Origin: an uncultured Phycisphaeraceae bacterium
GTDB lineage: Bacteria; Planctomycetota; B15-G4; JADJEK01
Direction: 5' to 3'
NCBI GenBank assembly: GCA_964649825.1
Contig: CAZYQW010000029.1
Location: 69,735 to 133,734 of the forward strand
DNA length: 64,000 bases
The position numbers and the translations under genes were made by a program. Every line of letters starts with the position of its first letter. The stretch's first letter is position 1. Positions 47,204 through 57,205 of the stretch are shown here, piece after piece. The notes beneath the pieces are model-generated. The model did no database searches, had not been told where the DNA came from, and saw only the letters and a list, made by a program, of their open reading frames with translations.

Positions 47204-48562
47204 CTATCGATCCGGTCGGGACGAGCTGCCCCACTCCACGCGCCGGTCGAACACCAGCGTGCGATCGAGCTTCGCGTCGAACGACTCGATCACTGCTCGG
47301 AAGCTGGGTCGAGGACGGCCGCGGAACACCTCGTCGCCGTTCGCGCGCACGACGACGTCGAGCGACGGGTCGAACGTTCCCGGTCGCAGCCAGACGCTGA
47401 AGCTCTTCGGATCGGCACGCGCGATCGTCAGATCGAACTCGTTCCCGTCCCGCACGGCGACGACGCGCATCGCGTCCGTCGGGACATCGCAGTGGAGCCA
47501 GTAGAAGTCATGCTTCTGGTAGCGCGTCACCTTGTCCGCCGCGGTCGGCAGGGGAAACGGTTCGGTCGCGTACTCCCACACCAGCTTGGTGGGGAACGCG
47601 TTGCGCTTCCTCTGACCGATCCATTCGATCCCCTTCGTCGGTTCCCCCGGCGGGAAGGCGTGGGCGAGCCCGGGATAGGTCGCGAACTCGATCTCGACGT
47701 AGCCGCCGGGGTCCGCCTGCCGCAGCTCCTCGATCCGATCCCAGACGTAGAGGTACGTACCCGGCATGCAGTTCCGGTCGGCGAGACCGATGTAGTAGTA
47801 CATGGCGAGGTTGCGCACGTTGGGCACGAACCCGTGCTGCACCGACTTCACCTCTTCTTTGGTCGCGAGCTGGCTCTGCGGCTCGGCCATCACCACGCCG
47901 GCGCACGGAGACGCACCCGCGAGGAGGTCCGGGTGGCGCCCCGCCATGAACCAGGATCCGGTCCCGCCCATGCTGAACCCCATCGAGTAGACGCGGTCCG
48001 GGTCGATCTCCTGCTGCACCTTGGCAAGCTCGATCAACGAGAGGAGGAAACGCTCGCCGTGCACGGTGTTCCACGTATCGTGGACGAGCCGGATCCCCTG
48101 CGGATAGACGCCGACGCAGTTCTTCGCGTGCCAGCGCGTCGCCTCCGAAGCCGAACCGGCGCCCTCGCCGCCGCCGTGGAGGCCGAGCACGAGCCCTTTC
48201 CCCTTGCCCTTGCCCGACGCGATCCACGTCGCCTCGCCGTATGGAGTGTCGATCGCGTCGCCCTTCACCTTCGGGCCGTACCGCTTCGCCGCCTTGAAGA
48301 GCATCTCGACCACGGCGTCGAGCGAACCGTCCGGCAGCTCCCCCATCTGCGCGGCCTCCTCGAGCAGACGCTCGCGAGCCCCGTCCGCCCACGCCTCGAA
48401 GTAGTTCTTCGGACGCGCCTCGAACCAGCGCTTCCCGAACGACTCGATGGCTCGCTTGTCGAGCTTCTCGGCGCTCCGCGCAAGCGCAGCCGGTGCAAAC
48501 GGGGCGAGGATCACGACGAAGACGGTGAGCGGCCAAGCGGAGCGTCGGAGGGTGCTTCTCAT
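47204..48562 (-). CDS. Secreted alpha/beta-hydrolase (esterase/peptidase-like).
   Basis: The internal start MRSTLRRSAWPLTVFVVILAPFAPAALA is a signal peptide. GFSMGG is a GxSxG nucleophile elbow. The protein is 453 aa. Confidence 0.7.
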   Translation of the reverse strand: MRSTLRRSAWPLTVFVVILAPFAPAALARSAEKLDKRAIESFGKRWFEARPKNYFEAWADGARERLLEEAAQMGELPDGSLDAVVEMLFKAAKRYGPKVKGDAIDTPYGEATWIASGKGKGKGLVLGLHGGGEGAGSASEATRWHAKNCVGVYPQGIRLVHDTWNTVHGERFLLSLIELAKVQQEIDPDRVYSMGFSMGGTGSWFMAGRHPDLLAGASPCAGVVMAEPQSQLATKEEVKSVQHGFVPNVRNLAMYYYIGLADRNCMPGTYLYVWDRIEELRQADPGGYVEIEFATYPGLAHAFPPGEPTKGIEWIGQRKRNAFPTKLVWEYATEPFPLPTAADKVTRYQKHDFYWLHCDVPTDAMRVVAVRDGNEFDLTIARADPKSFSVWLRPGTFDPSLDVVVRANGDEVFRGRPRPSFRAVIESFDAKLDRTLVFDRRVEWGSSSRPDR

Positions 48563-48719
48563 GCGAGCGATTCTAAGTCGACCCCACTTCGAGAACCCCC
48601 ATGTCATCGGCGGCCGCGCGGGCCGGCGCCGTGGTTTGCTACGCTGGCCACCCGCGAAAACCCCGCCGGCGAAGCGCCGCTCGCCTTCGCGAGGCGGCGA
48701 ACTCCCTGGTGAACGTCCA

Positions 48720-50033
48720 GTGATCCATCCCTCTCTCGCATGGCTCGTGTGCAGCGTCGTCACCTTGAATGAAGGCGACGGCGATCCCGTGGTCTGGCTC
48801 TCCGAGCACGCCGGCGCGATCCGCACGATCGACCCGAGCGATGACGACTTCTCGGACCTCGAGTGCATCGCGGAGGCGATCGGAGACGCGCGCATCGTCT
48901 GGCTCGGCGAGCCGTCGCACGGCGACGGCGCCGCCTTCCGGGCGAAGGACCGCCTCGTTCGATTCCTCCACCGCCGTCACGGCTTCTCCACGCTGCTCTG
49001 GGAGTCGGGGTTCTTCGACTGCGCGGTGATGCAGGAGAAGCTGCACGAGGAGGGGCGCACGGACGCCGCGGCGAGCTGGGGCGTCTTCTCGATCTGGGGA
49101 GCGAGCCACCAGACGCTCCCCGTGTTCCAGTACGCGCGATCGACCTACGGCTCGGAGGATCCGCTCGTGATGGCCGGCATCGACTGCCAGTTCTCCGGGC
49201 GAGGGTCGGAGGGGATCAAGGACTTCGTCCTGCGCTTCTTCGACGAGGCGGGGAAGGACACGCTCTCCGCGGAGCTTCGCGCCGGCCTCGAGCGCGCGAA
49301 CCGGCATCTGTTCTTGTCGCCGTTCTTTCCGGCCGAGTCGCAGCTCGAGAAGGCGACGGCGGTGCTCGATGAGATCGCGGAAGGGACGAAGGACCCCGAT
49401 TCGCCGCTCACCAAGGTCCACTCCGAGCGTGAGCTCTCGTTCCTGCGGCAGACCCTGAAGTGCTACGCCGCTCAGCTCACGCTGAGGCTGCGCCTGCGCG
49501 ACGAGGCGACGCGCGCGACCGCGAGCAACCTGCGCGAGCGCATGATGGCCGAGAACCTGCTTTGGCATCTCGAGCACGCGAAGCCGGACGCGCGCTTCAT
49601 CGTGTGGGGCGCGGGCATCCACGGCGCAACGAACCTCGCCGAGGTCGAGCCGATCGACGAAGCGACGTCGTTCGCCGGGTTCGAGCCCGCCGGCAACATC
49701 CTGCGCGAACGGTTCGGCGACCGCTACTACTCGATCCTCTTCACCGCCCACCACGGCCACGCCGCCGTCGTCATGGCCGAGGCGAAGCCGATTCCGAACG
49801 CGCCCGAAGGTTCGTTCGAGACACTCTGCCGAAGCACCGGGAACGCGTTCACGTTCGTGGACCTCCGAGCCGCACGGCGGGAGGGTGGCGAGTGGCTCCG
49901 GGAACCGCGAGTGGCCAGACCACTCGGCTACGTCGACGTGACCGCCGCGTGGCCGCGCATCTGCGACGCGTTGTTCGTCATCGAGGAGATGACGCCGAGC
50001 ACGTTGCCGCCGGATGATGCGGCGGGGGAATGA
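48720..50033 (+). CDS. Erythromycin-esterase-family (Ere-like) protein.
   Basis: IVWLGEPSHGDG and RERMMAENLLWHLE resemble the Ere family. A GTG start is predicted at 48720. The protein is about 437 aa. Confidence 0.6.
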   Translation: MIHPSLAWLVCSVVTLNEGDGDPVVWLSEHAGAIRTIDPSDDDFSDLECIAEAIGDARIVWLGEPSHGDGAAFRAKDRLVRFLHRRHGFSTLLWESGFFDCAVMQEKLHEEGRTDAAASWGVFSIWGASHQTLPVFQYARSTYGSEDPLVMAGIDCQFSGRGSEGIKDFVLRFFDEAGKDTLSAELRAGLERANRHLFLSPFFPAESQLEKATAVLDEIAEGTKDPDSPLTKVHSERELSFLRQTLKCYAAQLTLRLRLRDEATRATASNLRERMMAENLLWHLEHAKPDARFIVWGAGIHGATNLAEVEPIDEATSFAGFEPAGNILRERFGDRYYSILFTAHHGHAAVVMAEAKPIPNAPEGSFETLCRSTGNAFTFVDLRAARREGGEWLREPRVARPLGYVDVTAAWPRICDALFVIEEMTPSTLPPDDAAGE

Positions 50034-50097
50034 GGGCGCGGGGCGGGCGGGTCGAGCTTGCCGCTTCCATCCATGTCGAGGCATCGAGGACGATTCA

Positions 50098-50880
50098 TCA
50101 ATCACTCGGCAACAGTCGCAGCATCCGCTGCTCCACCAACACCCGGAAGTGACTCGCCATGCTCAAGGCGAGCGGGCGGTCGCGGACCAGCACCCCCACC
50201 TCGATGTTCCGATCGAACGCGGCCTCGGTGAGGTTCGCAGAGGTCACGAAGACTGCCTCGTCGTCGGCCACGACCGCCTTGGCGTGGAGGACGCCGGAGG
50301 GGCGCTCGGGGTCGAGGGCGCGCGGGTCGTAGAAGACCGTGGGCCGCGCCTGGCCGGGCCAATCCTCCTTCCAGAGACGATCGGCGAAGCTCCGCACGAG
50401 CTGGTCGGCGGGCGCGGGATCGCCGCGCTTGCGCTGGATGTTCAGCAGGAGGGTCACGCGGAGGCCGGGGCACGCGTCCATGCGGCGGGCGAGGAGTTGG
50501 AAGGCCCGGGGGCCGTCGAAGTAGGCGTACGTGCTGATCCAAAGCGACCGGGTGGCCCCCGCGAGGAGCTGGTCGAACGCGTCGCGGGTCCGGCGGACGT
50601 GGAGGCCGGGGACCTCGGGGCCGGACCAGACCAGGTCCGGCCGGATCTGCTTCGCGGTGACCGCTTCCACGGTCCGGAGCCAGGCGGCAGCGCCGCGCCC
50701 GGACACGCCGATGCGATCCAGGTCGCGAAGGCCGGTGGCGATCGCCTCGATGCCGTCCTCCAGGCCCACGGTGGCGCGCAGCGACGCGGCGGCGTAGGGC
50801 GGACCCAAGAGCCCGCTGTCGAGGGCCGCGGCGAGGCGCTGGCGCTGGTGGGATGGCAGGTCGAGGAGGGGCTCGATCAT
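50098..50880 (-). CDS. drmC: Phospholipase-D-family nuclease, DISARM DrmC-like.
   Basis: The HKD motif is HAKAVVADDEAVFVTSANLT. The 260-aa protein overlaps the drmB stop by 4 nt. Confidence 0.8.
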   Translation of the reverse strand: MIEPLLDLPSHQRQRLAAALDSGLLGPPYAAASLRATVGLEDGIEAIATGLRDLDRIGVSGRGAAAWLRTVEAVTAKQIRPDLVWSGPEVPGLHVRRTRDAFDQLLAGATRSLWISTYAYFDGPRAFQLLARRMDACPGLRVTLLLNIQRKRGDPAPADQLVRSFADRLWKEDWPGQARPTVFYDPRALDPERPSGVLHAKAVVADDEAVFVTSANLTEAAFDRNIEVGVLVRDRPLALSMASHFRVLVEQRMLRLLPSD

Positions 50881-52679
50881 TCCACGAGCCGGAAGAAGGC
50901 CGCGTCGGGCTCACCGAGAACAGGCACGACGAGGGCGCGGTCGAGGTAGTCGTTGCGCATCTCGCATGAGGTCTCGGCGACCAGGGTGCAGCCGTGGCAA
51001 GCGGCGCCGTGCAGGAAGCGCTTCTCCAGGCTCGAGGCCGGGGAGTGCTGGGCGCACACCGGGTCGTTGGAGCAGAGCGCCGCCATGCGGAGCGCGTTCG
51101 CGAGGTGATCTTCGATGTGGCGGCCCTGCTGGACGAGTCCGCCGAGCGTCCCCTCCGCGTCGGGGGTACCGGTGTACAGGAGCACGCCGTAGCGCTCACC
51201 GTCGGGGTCGGAGTACACACGCTCGCGGATGGAGCTCGCCGGGTAGCCACAGCGCATCGCGAGCGACTGGATGAGGAGATGGGACAGGGTGTGGAGGAGG
51301 ACGTAGGGCCCCCCGGGAAACGACCGCTTGCCCCGGCCTCTCCCATCGTCCTGCCACCGCTTGTACCCCGCGGCCAGGTCGTCGACGCGGGCCTTCACAA
51401 CGGGCCGCGCGAGCCACGCCGCGATCATCTCGGCGCGCAGATGAAGAAACACACCCTCCCCGCGGTTCTCGACCGCCGGGAACCAGGTGGGCTCCTCGTC
51501 GAGCTCGGCCCGCACGACGTCGGTGTCGTACTCGCCGTTGATGTCGGGCGTGACGGCCTCGAACCGCGTGAATCCAACCAGGGCGAGGACCTCGCGGAGG
51601 CGGTGGAGCTGGACGACGCTCTGGACGCCCGCGAAGCGATCCGACTTGTGCCAGACCGATTCGGGCAGCCGGCGGGCGTGGAAGTTGAGGTCGATGGGGA
51701 CGTCATCCCCGAAGCCCTCGAGCGCGGTGAGCAGCGCGTCCAACTCCACCTGCTTGACCGGCCGTTCCTCTACCACTCCCGCCTTCATCTCGCTGATGAT
51801 CTGCAGGACCTCGCGATCTCCGTATGGCGCGAGCTTCTCGGCGACGCGGGGCTTCCTCTTCACGGTCGCCAGGTCGCCCGCGTCCTCGACGATCTGCAGG
51901 TCGTCCCAGAGCTCGGTGAACACGGCGCGCGCCTTCGCGCCCTGGTCCGGCAGCGACAGCACGCTCACGACCTGGGGGAAGTATGCGTTGGCGGCGGTCC
52001 GGATGAGAAGCCGGCTCGGCAGGGAGCACTCCTCGCTCGCACCGCGCCCCAGCCACGGCATCGCCCCGCTGCATGTCCCCAGCGCTTCGCTCTCGGAGGC
52101 CTCGTAGAGGCTTCGCGGCGCCACCTCTTTGCACTCGCAGCGGATCGAGAGGTCCGCGAGATCGCCGGTCGTCCCCGTCTCGTCGAGCCAGAGCTGCAGG
52201 CGACATGTCGAGTCGGGTCCGTGAAGGAAGCGGTGCCATTGGATGTCATCGACGTGGCCACGCGGGCACGCGCGGACGAACCGCGTGGCCACGACCCGGA
52301 GATTCTCGAATCGCCCGTGGTCGAGCAGCTTGCGATGGACGAGCCGCCGCGACCGCGCGCTCCGGTCGCCCTCCGGCGGGGGCTCCTGGACCACGTACCA
52401 TTCGGGGAAGCGATACGCGCTGATGCCTCTTCGCCGGTGATCCGACCAGTCGTCCGATTCGATCGGCGGCGCGAACATTCGCGGATCGTCCACGTCCGTC
52501 ATCATCTGGAGCTTGCGCTCGAGCCGGGGCTCGACGACGGGCTCGAGTTCGCTGGTCGGCCCCCACGTCCGGAGACCGCCGAGGATCGCGGAGTCCTTCG
52601 GCAAATCGATCAACGCCCCAGGCCCGTAGGTCAGGATCACCTGGCTGCGCCGGAGCTGTCCGTGCGCTTTTCGTCTCAT
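50877..52679 (-). CDS. drmB: DUF1998-domain protein, DISARM DrmB-like.
   Basis: The 600-aa protein carries the C-terminal Cys motif typical of DUF1998/MrfB (SNDPVCAQH...HGAACHGCTLVAETSCEMRN). It overlaps the drmA stop by 4 nt. Confidence 0.8.
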   Translation of the reverse strand: MRRKAHGQLRRSQVILTYGPGALIDLPKDSAILGGLRTWGPTSELEPVVEPRLERKLQMMTDVDDPRMFAPPIESDDWSDHRRRGISAYRFPEWYVVQEPPPEGDRSARSRRLVHRKLLDHGRFENLRVVATRFVRACPRGHVDDIQWHRFLHGPDSTCRLQLWLDETGTTGDLADLSIRCECKEVAPRSLYEASESEALGTCSGAMPWLGRGASEECSLPSRLLIRTAANAYFPQVVSVLSLPDQGAKARAVFTELWDDLQIVEDAGDLATVKRKPRVAEKLAPYGDREVLQIISEMKAGVVEERPVKQVELDALLTALEGFGDDVPIDLNFHARRLPESVWHKSDRFAGVQSVVQLHRLREVLALVGFTRFEAVTPDINGEYDTDVVRAELDEEPTWFPAVENRGEGVFLHLRAEMIAAWLARPVVKARVDDLAAGYKRWQDDGRGRGKRSFPGGPYVLLHTLSHLLIQSLAMRCGYPASSIRERVYSDPDGERYGVLLYTGTPDAEGTLGGLVQQGRHIEDHLANALRMAALCSNDPVCAQHSPASSLEKRFLHGAACHGCTLVAETSCEMRNDYLDRALVVPVLGEPDAAFFRLVE

Positions 52680-55600
52680 GCCGAGTCTCCCGCCTCCGCC
52701 CCGTTGAGCTCCCTCAGGAACAGGTTCACCTCGGGCTCTACGTCGCGAAGCGACCGGTTCGCGCGGAACTTCCGGTGGTCCTCGGACTTGTCGGTGTCCA
52801 GCATTTCCCGAAGCAGAGGCCGCGGCCCGCGCACTTCGTACTTCTGGTACTGCATCCGGGCACCGACCTCACGCGACTCCGCTACAACTCGCGCCCAGGA
52901 ATCGAGGAGGTCCGTGACGCGCTGTTGTACGCTCAGCGCCCGCTCCGCCCGCTCCTGCTCGTCCATGCGCGGCTGCCCGGCGACACGGCGCAGGAAGGTG
53001 TCTCGCAACTCCGACTCGAGCCCGGCGCGGACATCGTCGATCCCTCCGACCGCTTCGGCGGGCGTCAGCTCCCGGCGCGCGTGGCGGGCGAGCGCCACCA
53101 ACGCCCCGGCGAAGCCCCGATCGAGGGCCCGCGCCGAGAACGGGGTGACGCTGGCCGGCTCCACCGCGCGATAGAACGTCTCGTGGTAGTGTCGAAAGCG
53201 CTCGTAGTGCGACCGGTCGCGCGGCTTGTGCATGTTGAGCAGCGTCACCACGAGGCCTGGCCGCTGGTCGTCGCGACCGACGCGGCTGGTCGCCTGGATG
53301 TACTCCGCGTGCGTCTTGGGCTGGCCGAGCACGACCATCAGCCCCAGCCGGGGGATGTCGAGGCCGACCGAGATCATGTTCGTGGCGATCGCGAAGTCGA
53401 CCCGCCGCTCTTCGTGGAACTCGCAGCTCAGGCGCTGCTTCGCTTCGGAGACCCCGCTGGTGGGGACGCGCGAGGTCAACTCCATGACCTCGGAGACTCG
53501 CTTGCGATCCTGGAATAGCCCTCGGTCCTCCCCCGCGCGCCGGCGGTTGCCGTAGCCCTTCAGGGTGTTCTGGACCTCCTCCTCGAGGATGCGGCGGCAG
53601 CCGCCGAGCTCGCGTAGGCTGTTGAAGTACCCGAGCACCGTCATGTACGGATCGGCGGGGTTCTTCTCGTTGCGGTGGCCGCCCGCGTCGCGGTACGCCC
53701 GCTCCGCCGCACCCATCAGGGCCAGCCAAACGCGGCGGAGGATCACCTTCGGATTGCGACCCTGCGAGGCCACGCCGAGGTACAGGCGGGCGGCTTTCCG
53801 CTCGACGCCCACCTCCGCCGCCGCCTGCGCGTCGGATGGGACGACCCGAGCGAAGAACGAGTCCCTTCGGTCGGGCCCGGGTGGCGGGAAGACCATGGTC
53901 TGGGGACGCCCGAAGACGGCCTGGATCTGCTCTGCGGCCTGGCGGACGGTGGCCGTCGACGCCACGATCTTCGGCTTGATCGCCTTGCCATCGACCTCGC
54001 GCACGATGAGGGCCTCGATCACCGTCTCGTACAGGCCGGCCATCGTGCCGAGCGGCCCCGAGATGAGGTGCAGCTCGTCCTGGATGATCAGGTCGGGCGG
54101 CGGCAGCGGGGCAGGGAGCCTGGAACCCTGGCCGGGCTCGGCATTGCCGTAGAAGCCGTGCTTGTCGTGCCGCTCGGCACCGCCGAGAAGCGCACCCGAC
54201 GGGCCGACCCAGGGCAGCGACGCGAACTTGTCCACGGTGGCGATGAGGAATGCCGGCAGCCGCCGGTAGATCGGCTCATCGACGGCGAGGATGGGGAGCG
54301 GGCGCTCGCGGGAGAAGTCGCATTCGAAGTTGACGCACACGATGCGCAGCTCGCGCGGCCGGTCGGCGTCCGGCTGCAAGTCGAACGAGTCCGGCTCGAA
54401 CCTGGTGCCGCACCACGGGCAGGTCTCGATGGGGATCGGGGACGGGTTCGCGTGCGGGTCGCGCTTGTAGTCGCGCACCTTGATCCGGGCGGTGTCCGAG
54501 ACCTTGTCGCCCTTGTGACCCATCCGGTTGGGCGTCGCCGCCTTGCCCACCCACAGCCCGATCTCGAAGGGCCACGTCCCGTAGCGCCCGGGATCCGCGC
54601 TCCGCTCGAGTTCCAGCGCGCACACCAGCCCCGCAGCCCGGCCGAGCTGATCGAGCGTGAGGAGGCGGAGGGTGTAGCGCATGAGGACGCTCACGCCCGC
54701 GCTCTGGAGCCCCGCGTTCCGCAGCCGGCGCAGGACCATCGTGTAGGCGGCGAGTCCGAGGTACGCCTCGGTCTTGCCGCCGCCGGTCGGGAAGAACAGC
54801 AGGTCGACCGTGTCGCGGTGTTTGCTCGGGTCGGTCGGATCCGCGATGCCGGACACGTTGAGGAGCACGAAGGCGAGCTGGAACGCGCGCCAGGCGGGTG
54901 CGTCGTCCCGCGACCGCCGCTGGAGAGCGCGGGCCACGGCGCGGTTCGCGACCCGAAACGCGTCCAAGGCGCTCGGGTCGGCGCGCAGGGTCTCGATGCC
55001 CTGGTCGATGCGGTCGGCGGCGGCGCGCGCGAGAACGAGGAGCCCCTCCACGGTCTCTCGCCGGGAATCGCCGAGCCTCCCCAGCACGCCCCGCTGCGCC
55101 GCGATCCAGGCGCGGTAGTGCACCACCAGCGGCCGAAGCGCCTGCGCTGCCGCCTCACCGTCGGCCAGGGCCCCGAGCTCGAGCATCCCGAGCGTCGCCC
55201 CTTCGATCTTCGATGTCTCGGTCCGCTCCACCTCGGCGTTCGGCACCCATGCGGTGCGCAGCTCGCGGCAGCGGCCATCCACCACCGACCACTCCGCGGA
55301 CACGCCGTGCCCCGCCGCGTACTCCGGCGCGTCGGCGTAGTGGACGTCGGCGACGCGCTCGTCCCAGTCGCGCGCCCGCGAGCCACGCGGATCCGGCCGG
55401 GGCACGAACGACTCCTCGCAGCGAACCCTGAGGCTCGCCTGGAACGCGTAGGCGCGGTCGGGGTTGTCGGTGTCGGGCGCGCGCCGGTTGATCAGGAAGA
55501 CCGAGATCGAGCGCGTTCCCGGGGGAATCTCGTTCGCGAACTCCCGCGCGTCGACGGCGCGATCGACGACGTGGAGCTGGAGGCCGCCGGAGCTCGGGAC

Positions 55601-56137
55601 ATCCAGGACGCACGGCTCGCGGCTCCCGCTGCCAAGGCGGACCCGGACGGGCTCCTCGCGGGCGTCCCGCTGCCACACGGACAGCGGCTTCCCGTCCTTG
55701 TCGGCCATCTCGCCGCGGTCGTAGTCCCCCCACCCGACGACGACGTCCAGGGCGGAGCACGCCGCCGGGACGAGGAAGCTCAAGCCCATGGACGACGGGA
55801 AGTAGCTCTTCTTCGCCGCGCGGCGTTCGTCCGCGCTCTCCTCCTCCAGACCGGCGTGCTCGGGCACGACGTCGAGGTCGTCGTCCTCATCCTGGTCGCC
55901 GGCCAGCTCGGGCGGCGTTCCCGTGGGGATGAGGAAACCCGTCAGGTACCAGTTGGACGGCCGCTCCCAGCCGCGCAGGCGCTCCTCCGCGTACGCATGA
56001 CCGGCCCAGGGACCCACCAGGTCGAGCTCGAGAGCTTCGACGAGGCGCGCTCGGATCGCCTCGGAGTCGACCGCGGTCGAGACCTCCCCGCCGTGCCCGT
56101 CCGTCACCGCATCGCTCCGTTCATCGGCACTCATCAT
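52676..56137 (-). CDS. drmA: Large SF2 helicase, DISARM DrmA-like.
   Basis: Walker A is FFPTGGGKTEAYL. DELH reads IIQDELHLISGP and motif VI reads QATSRVGR. The start ATGATG at 56137 overlaps the last 17 nt of darG. The track's longer ORF start at 56233 is less likely. Confidence 0.8.
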   Translation of the reverse strand: MMSADERSDAVTDGHGGEVSTAVDSEAIRARLVEALELDLVGPWAGHAYAEERLRGWERPSNWYLTGFLIPTGTPPELAGDQDEDDDLDVVPEHAGLEEESADERRAAKKSYFPSSMGLSFLVPAACSALDVVVGWGDYDRGEMADKDGKPLSVWQRDAREEPVRVRLGSGSREPCVLDVPSSGGLQLHVVDRAVDAREFANEIPPGTRSISVFLINRRAPDTDNPDRAYAFQASLRVRCEESFVPRPDPRGSRARDWDERVADVHYADAPEYAAGHGVSAEWSVVDGRCRELRTAWVPNAEVERTETSKIEGATLGMLELGALADGEAAAQALRPLVVHYRAWIAAQRGVLGRLGDSRRETVEGLLVLARAAADRIDQGIETLRADPSALDAFRVANRAVARALQRRSRDDAPAWRAFQLAFVLLNVSGIADPTDPSKHRDTVDLLFFPTGGGKTEAYLGLAAYTMVLRRLRNAGLQSAGVSVLMRYTLRLLTLDQLGRAAGLVCALELERSADPGRYGTWPFEIGLWVGKAATPNRMGHKGDKVSDTARIKVRDYKRDPHANPSPIPIETCPWCGTRFEPDSFDLQPDADRPRELRIVCVNFECDFSRERPLPILAVDEPIYRRLPAFLIATVDKFASLPWVGPSGALLGGAERHDKHGFYGNAEPGQGSRLPAPLPPPDLIIQDELHLISGPLGTMAGLYETVIEALIVREVDGKAIKPKIVASTATVRQAAEQIQAVFGRPQTMVFPPPGPDRRDSFFARVVPSDAQAAAEVGVERKAARLYLGVASQGRNPKVILRRVWLALMGAAERAYRDAGGHRNEKNPADPYMTVLGYFNSLRELGGCRRILEEEVQNTLKGYGNRRRAGEDRGLFQDRKRVSEVMELTSRVPTSGVSEAKQRLSCEFHEERRVDFAIATNMISVGLDIPRLGLMVVLGQPKTHAEYIQATSRVGRDDQRPGLVVTLLNMHKPRDRSHYERFRHYHETFYRAVEPASVTPFSARALDRGFAGALVALARHARRELTPAEAVGGIDDVRAGLESELRDTFLRRVAGQPRMDEQERAERALSVQQRVTDLLDSWARVVAESREVGARMQYQKYEVRGPRPLLREMLDTDKSEDHRKFRANRSLRDVEPEVNLFLRELNGAEAGDSA

Positions 56138-57191
56138 CCCCGCGCCCACCCGGAGCACCGAGCCAGCCTCGGCGCGCGAGGGTCTCGCGAGCGATGCCGA
56201 TCTGACGGGGAGTGAAGCGCTTCTTGCGCTCATCCCAGGCGTGCGTGCACGCGATCAACTCGCTCTCGGAGGTCACCCCATCGCGGACCACCACCCAGTG
56301 CACGGTCGCGAGCAACTCGAGGCCCGAGGGCGTCTCGAAACCCTCGACCAGCGCCGCGACCCGATCGAACCGGGCCTGCGTCTCCGGTGCAGCCGCCAAC
56401 ACCGCGCGAGCCTGTTCCACGGCCCCCGGCATGAGCTCCAGCACCTTGTCCGGAGCGTCGCCGCCGTCGCCGTAACCGGTCACGTAGTGGCCCTCGATCT
56501 CCCGCAGCACGTGGCGGAGGTTCTCGACGTATGGGCCGTAGTAACCCTTCTTCACGCGCAGACGGAGGTTCTCGCCCGCCTCCTGCATGAAGTACATGAG
56601 CTTGTGGATCTCCAGGAGCGACGCGAAGGGATCGAGCAGCCCAGCGGTGTAGCGGTCGATCAGGCCGATGAGCGCGGCCCGCCCCGCGGTCATCGGCGGC
56701 GCCGCGGCGCCACGGTTCGGCGTCGCCCGCGGTCGCGCCGGCGACGGCTCGAAGATCGTCACGCGCACCTCGGCCAGGTCGCGCAGCGCCTGCTCGATGC
56801 GCGCCCGCACCTGGCCCCACTCCAGGCCACCCAGACCCGCGCCGAGGGGAGGAATGGCCACCGAGCGGATCCCTCGCTGCTCGATCTCGGCGACCAGCGC
56901 CGCCAGGCCCGCGTCGATGTCCTCCATGCGCGACTTGCCGCGCCAGTGCCGCTTGGTCGGGAAGTTGATGATGAAGCGCGGGGGCGTCAGGCGCCCGGTC
57001 TCGAAGACGAACATGCGGCCCGGCTGGACCTCGCCGCGGCGGCACGCGGCGGCGTAGGCGCGGAAGTTGTCGGGCCAGGCCTTCTTGAACTGCAGCGCGA
57101 TGCCACGCCCCATGAACCCGACGCAGTTGACGGTGTTCACGAGCGCTTCCGCGTCCTCCGCGAGGAGATCGCCGGTCTTGAACTCGATCAT
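56121..57191 (-). CDS. darG: DarG antitoxin (macro-domain ADP-ribosyl hydrolase plus C-terminal DarT-binding domain).
   Basis: The internal start is MIEFKTGDLLAEDAEALVNTVNCVGFMGRGIALQFKKAWPDNFRAY, a macro domain with GIA and LGAGLGG elements. It lies 14 nt downstream of darT. The protein is 356 aa. Confidence 0.8.
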   Translation of the reverse strand: MIEFKTGDLLAEDAEALVNTVNCVGFMGRGIALQFKKAWPDNFRAYAAACRRGEVQPGRMFVFETGRLTPPRFIINFPTKRHWRGKSRMEDIDAGLAALVAEIEQRGIRSVAIPPLGAGLGGLEWGQVRARIEQALRDLAEVRVTIFEPSPARPRATPNRGAAAPPMTAGRAALIGLIDRYTAGLLDPFASLLEIHKLMYFMQEAGENLRLRVKKGYYGPYVENLRHVLREIEGHYVTGYGDGGDAPDKVLELMPGAVEQARAVLAAAPETQARFDRVAALVEGFETPSGLELLATVHWVVVRDGVTSESELIACTHAWDERKKRFTPRQIGIARETLARRGWLGAPGGRGDDECR

Positions 57192-57205
57192 CGCGGCTCC
57201 TCGGT

